From NCBI GenBank assembly GCA_043228905.1, contig JBHGNT010000006.1:14012001-14076000 (forward strand): DNA of 64,000 nt, written 5' to 3'. A program made the translations under genes and the position numbers. Of the stretch, positions 13,594 through 24,013 are shown piece by piece (the first letter of the stretch is position 1; each line of letters starts with the position of its first letter). Origin of the DNA: Azolla caroliniana (taxonomy: Eukaryota > Plantae > Polypodiophyta). A model generated the notes under the pieces. The model made no database searches. It worked only from the letters and a program-made list of their open reading frames with translations, and had not been told where the DNA came from.

Positions 13594-13605
13594 GCTCTGA
13601 TACCA
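13594..13605 (-). other. primer binding site, tRNA-iMet (A2)
   Basis: GCTCTGATACCA is the reverse complement of TGGTATCAGAGC and abuts the LTR. Confidence 0.92.
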
Positions 13606-14018
13606 TGTAAATGATTACTTGTGGAATCGTTAGAAAAGAGAGAAAGCAGAGAATACACAGAGTACACAGGAGAGACAGGCAAAGCAGAACCTAAAAGCTA
13701 TATTCAAAACAATATAAACACTCTCTCTATACAACTATGCTTAGTAGCACTATTTATACAAGTCCTCATGGGACTGACAAAAGTAACGCGTACTTTAATG
13801 CTCATCAAGCATCTGACACTTACTACGAGACTATAACTGCCTAGTAGTCTAAACTAATACTAGGCTTTTAGTTACCGATTGGATCCGGCTAACCGGCTCC
13901 CGAGCTCACCGGCTCTATTGCTTGCCGGCTCGGTTGCTCACCGGCTTACCGATCCGTCTCACTCACCGGCTCAGGCTTATCCAACCGATCCGGTTCCAGT
14001 TGAGCTTGCCGCTCAACA
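13606..14018 (-). repeat. 5' LTR of A2
   Basis: Direct repeat of 8431-8828. Confidence 0.95.
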
Positions 14019-14045
14019 GTTCTGAAGCCTCACGCTCTAATACCA

Positions 14046-14449
14046 TGAAAAGAATGGCATGCAGAAGCAATATAGGAAACCGAACATCAGAAAACTCAGG
14101 TTTAATGGAAAGCTTAGGTTTGCACAGTACGCATAGGAGAGATAGAGAGAGAGTAGACTCAAGAACTTAATTCAAAAATAATACTCGATCTATACATTGT
14201 GTGTGTTCATTGAACACTTTTATACAAGTCCTTTTCGGACTGACATAAGTACTAACAATACTTCAATGCTCATTATGGAGCCCCTACACTAACTCCCAAA
14301 TATATTCCTTACAGAATATCTTTCCAATGGCCTCCTAGTTTCTGCCCCGATCCGGCCTTCCTACGCACCGGTCTGCGTACCGGTTTCCAGCTGATCCGGT
14401 CCTCGGCTTGCTCAACCGATCCGGCTGATGTTGAGCTTGTCTCTCAATA
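14046..14449 (-). repeat. 5' LTR of A1
   Basis: Follows PBS; starts TGAAAAG and ends TCTCAATA; homologous to the LTRs of B and H. Confidence 0.85.
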
Positions 14450-15218
14450 GTTAACAATCTGCATGTTAGAGCCCTCCTTCGTTGTCGAGATCTCATCCTA
14501 GGTAACACCCTTCAAATCCTCTTGGTCCTTGTCATCCGTGGTAGTGTGCCTTGTTGGCCTCTTCCTCATGTTCACCGGACTCAATTGCTTCAACCTCCAG
14601 TTGAGTCGGATTAGCTTCTTTTCGGATTGGCCTTGTCCGATCATCTTCCGGTTGGATCGGCATCCATTTGGATTTGTATTCGGTCGAATCGAACTCAATT
14701 GATTGGTTTCGACTGAGTCAGCCCCCTTCCGGGTCGAGATCAACCGATCGGTTTTCGTTTGGGTTTTCTTCCATTTCCTCGTGTTCACTGGCCTTGATCG
14801 ATTCGACCTCCGGTTGAGTCGGATTAGCTTCTTTCTGTATCGGTCTCGTCCGATCGCCCTCCAGCTGGAATTATTTCCGTTCGGGTCAAACTCGACCGAT
14901 CGGATTTCGGCTGAATCCACTTCCGCTTGGTTCGGCTTTAATTTAGGCCGGAATTCCGCCGGTGTCGTGTGAATCTTCTCACACTATGTAAAAATAATAA
15001 TAATAAAATAAGTACTTTATATTAGCTTAATGGCATGTTATAGAAAGATGGATGTTTGAGAAGATAGTGAAAATAGAATTTTGAAGTATCCCACATAGAT
15101 AGGAAACTTAATGCTCTAGCTATATAAGCACCTTGAGATCCCTCATTTTTCATTTGTGCTAAGAACACTTTGGCCACTTTGTCTTGATGGATGATGGTGG
15201 CCAAGTTCCCAAAAACTA

Positions 15219-15345
15219 GAAACTGGTCGGTAAGCAAAACCCAAAACCGACCGATAAGCTAATCAAAAACTGGCCGGTAAGCCAAACCGGAAACCAGTCG
15301 GTAAGCAAACCGGAAATCGGCCGGTAAGTAGAACCGGAAACCGGC
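15219..15345. repeat. degenerate ~23-bp tandem array (AAACCGGAAACCGGCCGGTAAGC-like)
   Basis: About 5 imperfect units visible. Confidence 0.6.
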
Positions 15346-15630
15346 GGCGGAACTAGTGAGGCGGCGACAATCGGCGACAGGACGAAACCGGCAACCGGAC
15401 GAAGCTGGATGCAAACCGAACGGATAACAAGATCATGTGGCTAATTAAAGTGAAGTGAAGAAAATTAAAGTAAAGGTCATGTGGACGGTCGCATGCAACT
15501 AAAAGAAAAAGCCATGCAACAAAAAGTGGAGGCATATGATCAACGGGGAACTCCATATAAATTCCATTTTTTTTACACATCCTATTCACTCTCCAATATT
15601 ATTTTGTTTTCCTTCTCAGCTCCCTTATCT

Positions 15631-15781
15631 TACGGAAGCCATAACACTCAAAAACCCTAATTTTCCCTACGAAACCCATAATACTCATATAACCTAATCC
15701 CAATTTTCCCTACGGAAACCATAACACTAAAAAACCCTAATTTTTCCCTACGGAAGCCATATCTTTCAAAACCCCTAATTT
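15631..15781. repeat. ~37-43-bp tandem array containing AAACCCTAA telo-box motifs
   Basis: About 4 units of TACGGAAGCCATAACACT-AAAAACCCTAATTTTCCC. Confidence 0.7.
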
Positions 15782-15924
15782 TTCTTTTCTATTAATCTGA
15801 GTAAACTTAAAACTTTTATAATTCCGATCTTGGGATTAATTGTAATCTTTATTTTCTATTTATTAATGAAATTTGTCAATCTTTCTCATTTTCCATTAAT
15901 TGTTTAATATAAACATATATATGT

Positions 15925-16850
15925 GATATCTTCTGGTCGGAGGCCCCGGGGTCTTGCCTCAAAGTTCACGTATCCTCGTCGTATTTTCGCGACACCGGAT
16001 CGTCTTCCATCGAGATCGACTTTCGGTTCTTCCTTTCTTACTGCATTTTATCTCTTCATTGAGCTCTACCTCATTGCCAAATTCCATCTCTCCAGTGTCA
16101 CGTTGCCTCTCGAAAACACCCGCCAAAGTCTCTAGAATTAGTGGGCATTATTGACCTTTGTTGTTTTTCCCATAGCCGCCTTATCGACTATCTCTGCGTT
16201 GTATGCATCGGCTTCGACCTTCATTTTCTCTCCTCCACCTGTTGTATCTTCGGCCTCACATTGCCTTTCAAACACAACTGCCGAAGTCTCTGGAATTAGT
16301 GGTGCGAAAGCCTCATGGGCCATGTTGTTGCTAACAAGATTCTCATTTTCCTCTTATCATGTCTTTGGCATACTCTTTCGACTTCGGCCCAATCCTCGGT
16401 TAGACCATTTGCACCATCATTGTCTTCAAGTTTGATCCCGATGTCTATTCTATCCTTCTGATCGATTGGCTTTACGAACATTAGGACTTTATTCTTTCCC
16501 ACCAATCTTTGCTCTCGCTCTGAGAGTTGAGCAAAACGACATTCGAACTCTAGGAGTGCTTGCGTCGCGCTTTGGTGGGTCTTCCTCAATGCCAACCACT
16601 CGTCGAACTCTCGCCGATCTCGTCCCTTCCGGTATCACTTGCAATCCCTCTGGTGTCCCACATCGCACCATCTTTGCCTTGTAGTCACATAGATAGCGTG
16701 ACACATCCTTTCTGATGAATTGTCTGTTTCGTTGTACGAGTCGCGTTACTGCCGCCGTGATCTCCGACATCGCTCATTGTTCTTGAAGCATCCGCTCGAG
16801 CTTCATCATCATCATGTTCATCGCCTCTTGTTGATTCTCCATCTCCTTGC
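15925..16850 (-). pseudogene. gypsy gag remnant, same family type as Gy1
   Basis: ORFs 16489-16770 and 16296-16595 (KVLMFVKPIDQKDR...GLTEDWAEVERVC) resemble Gy1 gag (RVLLFVKSVDARDR...GLTADWAAVKRVC). Confidence 0.75.
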
Positions 16851-16889
16851 CAAAGAAGAAAATTGACCCGAACCAAAGAACATCAACTA

Positions 16890-17340
16890 CTCAACTTGAG
16901 AGCAAGCGGCGAGTCAAGTAGGCAACATGTGTCCATGATCACATGCTTAGCCACCTTCGAGACGCCAAGACGCCTAAGGAGGCGTGGGAGAATCTCAAGA
17001 GATTTTTGCCGCCAATATGATAGCATGCAAGCTTCAACTCCTGCAAGAGTTGAACAGCATACAACAAAAAGATATGTCCATGTCAGACTACACCACCAAG
17101 ATCAAGAGCATTTTTGACTCGCTTGGTTCCATCAACATAAACGTCGACCGAGATGAGATGGTGCAAGTATGCTTGGGCAACCTTGCACATCGGTTCAACC
17201 CGTTACGGACGGCTATCTTAGCGAGGCAAAACCCTCCTTCGTTCTTCAACCTTCCATCAATGCTATTGGTTGAAGAGAGCCACGTCCGAACCAAACCAAG
17301 ACGTTGGAATGACAAATTTTCTTCTCGAATTCAGATGGTG
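16890..17340 (+). pseudogene. copia gag (UBN2-type) remnant
   Basis: KLQLLQELNSIQQKDMSMSDYTTKIKSIFDSL; resembles the remnant at 55625-55969. Confidence 0.8.
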
Positions 17341-18001
17341 GCCTAAACCCCTTATGGGCATATAATGAGAGATACACTATTTCCCTCTTATTTTGGTGTC
17401 ATTCTTATTTTCACTCTCTCCTCTCTCTCTATCGTAACCCCCTTGGGAGGGGGGTGAAGCCTAGAAATGGCTTCACCCCCCACCCCAACAACACCTGCAA
17501 AGCCTGGTTGAATGGGAAACGCAGAGGAAGATCAAGTGCCTGCGGTCGGATGGCAGAAAAGAATATTTTTCTGGCCATTTCAATAGTTATCTGCAGCAAA
17601 AAGGAATTCGGAGAGAGTTCAACTGTAGATACACAATGGAGCAAAACAGTGTGGCCGAAAGGAAGAACCGGTCGATTGTCAACGCGGCAAGGCCAATGCT
17701 AGAGGAGAAGAGCATGCCCCATGTCTGCTGGGCCGAGGCAGTCCGGATGGCCGTCTATATCCAAAATCGGATCGGTGACAAGGTGTCCATGCATGAGCTG
17801 TATTTCGGGCGTAAGCCGAATTTTGAGACACCTTCGGATATTCGGTAGCATTGCATATGTGCATGTGCCGGATGAGAAGCGGAGTAAGTTGCATGCAAAG
17901 TCATAGAAATGCATCCTGGTCAGTTACTCGCATGAGCAAAAGGGGTATAAGTGCTATAACCCCCGGACGAAGCAGGTCCAAGTTAGCCGAGATGTTGAGT
18001 T

Positions 18002-18387
18002 TGTTGAGAGACAAGCTCAACATCGGCCGGATCGGCTGAAGAAGCCAAGGACCGGATCGGTTGGGACCGATCGGTTAGGCTGTTAGGAAAGATATTCCGT
18101 GAGGAATATATTTGGGAATTACTGTAAGAACTCTTAATGAGCATTGAAGTACTGTCAGTACTTCGGTCAGTCCTCCTAGGACTTGTACAAAGTGTTCATT
18201 GAACACATATATGTTGTTGTTATTGTTTTCTTCTTTAGAAATATATACACACATTCTTCTTCGTGTCTTCTCTCTCACTCTCTCGGTCTCTCCCGCGTAT
18301 ACTGTGTAAGCTCAAGCTCTCCATTAAACCTGAGTGTTCTTCCTTCTGTTCTGTCTTTATACTTGCTTCCGCACGCTACTTTCTACA
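18002..18387 (+). repeat. 5' LTR of B
   Basis: TGTTGAG...TTCTACA, followed by TGGTATCAGAGC. Confidence 0.96.
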
Positions 18388-18450
18388 TGGTATCAGAGCG
18401 CGAGGGTTGAGAACCTCTCTGCATCTGACACAGCTTGACGAAGAAGAACG

Positions 18451-21400
18451 ATGGATAGAGGCACGGCGAGCTCGCTTCCAACAGAGAAGCTCGACAGAAC
18501 CAACTACGCGTCTTGGTCCTTCAAGATGCACCAGTACCTGCTCGGGCACGGCTACTGGAGTTATGTCGAAGGAGCTAATGGTGCGGCACCCGAATCAACA
18601 CACAGAGACTTCCCGTCATGGGAGCAATCGGTGAGCAGGGTATTATACTGCTTCGCATCGTGTGTGGGCGAATAGCTATTGAGCTATGTTCGGGATGCAA
18701 AGAAGCTGAAGGGTGCATGGGAAAATCTGAAGAAGATTTTCGCCGCAAGCACCACAGCCAGGAAGCTTCAGCTCCGAGAGGAGTTGAGCAACCTACGACA
18801 ACGCGACTTGTCGGTGGCGGACTATACCTCGAAGATCAAGGATATCTGCGACTCCCTCGCCTCCATAGAGGTGAACATCGAGGAGAGCGAGATGGTCCAG
18901 ATCTGTCTCGGAGGTTTGGCGTCGAAGTTCAGAGCATTCCGAACGGCTGTGTGTACCCAGGAGAATACGCCGTCCTTTTTTGACTTACAGTCAATGCTCC
19001 TGGTAGAGGAGAACCACGCGGGTGCGTCTACAAGCACGCACACCGACAACAGAATGGTGTACACGGAGGGAGATAGGCCTCGTGGACATGGAGGACGAGG
19101 CGAGTCAGCGCGCAATGGAGGCGCCCAACGAGATCAAGGAAGAAGGCCCCAAACTGATGCCGACAGCAACTCCGGACCTTCCGGAAATAGGGGGAGTCGA
19201 AGCGATGAGAACCGGCAAGGGAAGGCCATCGGAGAGTGCTGGTACTGTGGCAAGAAAGGCCACAGGGAAAGTGAGTGCTGGAAGAAGCGCGCCGATTCGG
19301 AGAGAACCGGTTCCGGAAACGGCTCTAGACATACTGACAAGGGAGATCGGCAGCGATCGCACTACGCCGAAGACTCCGGGAGAGCCGGAGAAGGGTCTAC
19401 CTTCATGACGAGACACGAAGCAAACTCAATGAAATAGAGCACCCCGAGATCGGACGAGGTGTGGTACGTAGACTCCGGCGCGTCAAACCACATGACGAGC
19501 CATAAGGAGTGGTTCTCATACCTTGAAAAACCGATACAACCTGGAGTAGTCGCAACAGGAGACGAAACTCCGCATCCAATCGCGAATGTCGGAGAAGTTC
19601 CCCTTAGCCATGTCGGGCAGAAAGGGAAACTCATGAACGTGTTGCACGTCCCGACAATCACGAAAAACTTGGTCTCGGTCGGACAGATCGTCAACCAATG
19701 ATGGAGGTTCGGTTTACACACCTCGGGTGCTTCATTGAGGAAGAAGGTTGTGTTATTGCGCAAGGGCGCAGAAACGGGAGGATGTTTATCCTCGATTCTA
19801 GTGACGGTGGCACCGCAATGTTTGCAAAGGGACAAAAAGTCGAGTTGGACATCGACTTATGGCACAAGCGGATAGACCACGTCAACTACCAGCGGCTTCA
19901 GGACCTGCAATCGAAACATGTGGTGTTCGGATTGCCCAAATTTAGTGGCCGAAAGGCACAAATTTGTGAAGCCTGCCAGCTTGGGAAGCAACACCGACTT
20001 CCCTTCCCCAATGAGCGTAACCAGAGCCGAAACAAGCTCGACTTGATACACTCCGATGTGTGGGGGCCGGCACAAAACATTAGTCTTGGTGGGAGCCGAT
20101 ATTTCGTCTCCTTCATTGACGACTACATGCAGCACACGTGGATCTACCTCATTGAGAGGAAGAGCGAAGTCTTCGACTGTTTCCGGGACCTCAAAGGGTT
20201 CGTCGAAATGGAAACAAGAAGAAAGATCAAGTGCTTGTGGTCGGATGGCGGAAAAGAATACTTTTCCGGTCAATTCAACTGTTATCTACAACAGATGGGA
20301 ATTCGGCGCGAATTCAGTTGTAGATACACGCCGGAGCAGAACGGCATGGCCGAGAGAAAGAATCGGTCAGTTGTGGAAGCGGCACGGGCAATGCTGGAGG
20401 AGAAGAGCTTGCCCAAGTTCTACTCGGCCGAGGCGGTAAGGAACGCGGTATACATCCAGAACCGGATCGGAGACAAGGTGTCGGCGCATGAGCTATACTT
20501 TGGAACGAAGCCGAACTTACGACACTTGAGGGTGTTCGGTAGCATTGTGTATGTGCATATACCGAAGGAGAAAAGGAGGAAGCTGGACGCAAAGGCCGAG
20601 AAATGCATCTTGGTCGGTTACTCGGACGAGCAGAAGGGTTATAAGTGCTATAACCCTCGCACCAAACAAGCGTGTGTCAGCCGCGACGTTGTGTTTGACG
20701 AGTCCGCATCTTGGTACCTGCCCCCGACTACGAACCCCGACTCCAATCCGAGCTCTGAAGATGAGGTCAGCGAGGCCGAGATGCCTCCGGATGAGCCCAA
20801 AATCGAGACCCGTGAAGAGAGTCCGATTTCACTCCGGTTAAGTGGACCGATTAGACGGCTGAGTTGGTACGACCAGTCCGATAAAGAGTCGGCGAGTAGT
20901 GGAGACTCGGCCGTGCATTCCCCGCGCAGGAAGCCGAGGAGACGGCTTACACGCAAAGAGAAAGGGAAGAAGAAGGTGTCGGATTCCGGCACGGATAGGA
21001 ACGAGTCAGACCGACGCGAGTCCGACTCTGAGTGAACCGGTGACGGGTCTTTAAAAGTGAAGTTCGCATCAATCAAGAAGGCCTCGACATCGGCTAATGC
21101 GAGATTACGCCGATCTACCCGCCAAAAGAATCCTGTTTTGCGGTTCGGATACAACGAGTACATGGCGCATCATTATGCATACATGACCCGTGTAACGGAA
21201 GTGCGTGAGCCGGAGAGCTACGCAGAAGCGACTAAAGACGCGAATTGGCGTGCCGCGATGGAGGAAGAGATGCATGCATTGGCGGAGAACGAGACCTGGG
21301 ACCTGGTTGATGCACCAAGAGGGGTAAAACTGATCGGGTGTAGGTGGGTGTTCAAAGTCAAGTACAACACCGATGGCTTGGTCAACCGGTAGAAGGCTCG

Positions 21401-23231
21401 GCTAGTGGCAAAGGGCTATGCGTAGAAGCATGGCATCGACTACGATGAGACATTTGCGCCGGTCGCGAAAATGACGACCGTCCGTGTTTTGCTCGCAGTA
21501 GCCGCGGCCAAGCCTACATCAAATGGATGTAAAGAATGCGTTCCTGCAAGGTGACCTTGAGGAACAAATGTACATGGTACAACCCCCCGGATTTCCCTCC
21601 GGAACAAACTCCTCGGCAGTATGCCGACTGAAGAAGTCCCTTTACGGACTGAAGCAAGCCCCGCGTGCCTGGAACGCGAAGATCACGCAACAACTGCGTC
21701 GGATGGCCTTCGTCACGTCAAAATCGGACTCTTCCCTGTTCATCCGGAAAGGTCGACTCGGACCGGTTAGTATTCTACTATATGTCGATGACTTGGTCAT
21801 CACCGGCACCGACCTAGGCGAAATCGACCGCGTGAAGCTCTAGCTTGCGGCATCGTTCAACATCAAGGATATGGGGGACCTTCATTACTTCCTCGGGATC
21901 GAAGTGATCCGTACCCCCGAAGGCATATTGATCAGCCAACGTCATTACGTGTTGGGTATGCTCTTCAAACTCGGGATGGCCGACTGTAAGTCCGTCTCGA
22001 CTCCTCTGGACAGAACCATCAAGCTTCGTCCCAATACGGGAGAGGTATGCGACCCGACGAGGTTCCGACAAATTGTCGGAAGCCTCATATACTTGACCAT
22101 CACCCGACCCGACCTCAGTTATCCGGTCAGGGTAATCAGTCAGTTCATGGCGCGACCTATCGAGGAGCACCTTCAGTGTGCGCAACGTGTACTGCGGTAC
22201 ATAAGTGGCACTAAGGACCGAGGACTGCTATATCGGACCTGTGCAGCCGCGCAGTTAGTCGGCTACACCGATGCTGACTGGGTTGGCAACGCTGCCGATC
22301 GCCGATCCACGTCTGGATACGCGTTCTCCCTCGGGAGTGCCGCGATCGCGTGGAGCAGCAAGAAGTAGCCGACAGTTGCACTGTCGAGCACCGAAGCTGA
22401 GTACCGAGGAGCGGCTATCGCGACATGCGAAGCCATATGGTTGAAGCGGCTACTTAAGGACCTGCAAGCGGAGGTGTCAGATTCGACGACGATCTACTAC
22501 GACAACCTTAGCAGCATCCAGCTCGTGAAGAACCCCGTTTTCCACACATGGACCAAGCACATTGAGGTGCACTACCATTTCGTCCGTGAGCGTGTCCTTT
22601 CCGGTGAAGTCGAACTTCAGTACATGCCGAGGATCGGCAGACTGCCGACATCTTCACAAAACCTCTTGGTCTGGACAAGTTGCGGCAATTCTCAGGTGCG
22701 CTCGGGTTGCGCCACCTCGATGTGCCGAACTTGAGGGGGAGCACAGTCCCGAACGACCAAGCAAAGCAGTAGGAAAGGAGCGGAGACCGCGACACCGAGT
22801 CGGTTGTCCGCAACATCGAGTCGGTTGACGAGTTCGACTTCGGATCGGCTGAAGAAGCCGAGGGCGGACCCGCGGAAAAGTCCGGAAGCGGACAAAAGGG
22901 GAGCAGCCGAAAGAGAGAGCCGAAGCCAACCACGCATGGGGGAGATGACGCCATCAAGGGCGAGAAGACTAAAGACAAGTTGGAGACAGCCAACTCGGAC
23001 GAGAGCGAAAACAAATCGGAGGTAGCCGAGTCGGTTTGGATGTTTGATTCAGACACGTTGAATCAACCGAGGCCCAAGCGGAAGAAAAGGCAGCAGAAGA
23101 AGTGTCGACACCGCAACAACAGAAGAGCTGATAAGGGCCACATGAGTAGACAAGCCGACCGGAAGGGTCGAAGCGCGCAGAGTCGAACAGGTCGAGGAAC
23201 GCGAGCACGACGTGAAGCCAGGAGGAACTAG
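18451..23231 (+). pseudogene. copia gag-pol of B with C-terminal tail
   Basis: Fragments 18451-18675, 18679-19437 (CWYCGKKGHRESEC), 19459-19701 (DSGAS), 19698-21035 (INT), 21057-22734 (RT/RNaseH), tail to 23231; about 7 stops plus indels. Confidence 0.93.
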
Positions 23232-23324
23232 AGCTGTGAAGATCCCGACGAGCCTCAAGTTGAGCTTGAGGGGGAGTGTTGAGAGACAAGCTCAACATCG
23301 GCCGGATCGGCTGAAGAAGCCAAG

Positions 23325-23983
23325 TGTTGGGATTTCGGTCCCTCCGGATGGGATGTCCCCGGAGATAAATTACGGCAAGCCCGGTTGCGGTTACGGAGCC
23401 GGATGATGAAGACCCCGGTTACGGAGCCGGATGATGAAGACCCCGGCTACGGAGCCGGATGCTGAAGATCCCGGTTACGGAGCCGGATGACGAATGTACC
23501 CGGAGAGAGATCCGGATGCGGGGACATATTTGTGAATATGTTTGCCAAGAGCCCTTGAGGCTATATTTTGTAAATAGCCCGAAAGTCATATGTGTATAAA
23601 TATGACTTAGGGCAAACAGTTTATGTTGCTACTCATTTTTTCTGTTTTTCCACTCAAGAGTGAAGAGAGAGAGCAGCCGAGAGAGAGAGAGAGATAGAGC
23701 GCGAGAGAGGAAGAGGTAGACGCCTCTGTGTATTTCCGCCGCCTGTGGCGAGGACAACGAGCTCAAGGTTGTCACCTTGCAGCTCGCCATTGTATACTTC
23801 TCTGTATAGTGTTGGTTTGGAGTCTTGGACTCCCGTGGTTTTTCCCGTCTAGGGTTTTCCACGTTAATCCCTGTGTGCTCGCGTCTTGTTTCTCCGTGCG
23901 GTTCCTATTTTCTGCTCCATTGATTCGTGCTTACTTGGTTGTGGCCGAGCGGTGAAGGTGAATAGAAGCGTCTATTCCTATCA
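23325..23983 (+). repeat. 5' LTR of D with ~30-bp U3 tandem repeats
   Basis: TG...CA termini; GGTTACGGAGCCGGATGATGAAGACCCC x4 at ~23389-23490; TATAAATA ~23595. Confidence 0.97.
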
Positions 23984-24013
23984 AACTGGTATCAGAGCGA
24001 ACTGCTGCAGAAA

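Larger units (their letters stand above)
8431..14018 (-). mobile_element. Ty1/copia element A2, two LTRs, decayed
   Basis: LTRs 8431-8828 and 13606-14018 (TG...CA); TSD GTTCT at 8426-8430 and 14019-14023; PBS 13594-13605; PPT 8829-8839. Confidence 0.95.
6021..14449 (-). mobile_element. Ty1/copia element A1 (3'-truncated), interrupted by A2
   Basis: 5' LTR 14046-14449; degenerate Met-i PBS (GCTCTAATACCA, ending 14045); gag-PR-INT remnant 6021-8365; split by TSD GTTCT. Confidence 0.88.

Noticed and set aside
14982-14990. CACTA pentamer as a possible DNA transposon terminus
   Set aside because: No matching partner TIR, 3-bp TSD or transposase was seen.
17449-17493. Hairpin as a Helitron 3' end or bacterial terminator
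   Set aside because: There is no downstream CTRR or U-tract; the segment ends in CA like an LTR.
23389-23500. Regularly spaced ~30-bp repeats resembling a CRISPR array (also 38590-38790 and 63740-63900)
   Set aside because: They are head-to-tail tandem units without unique spacers, they lie inside LTRs, and there are no cas genes.
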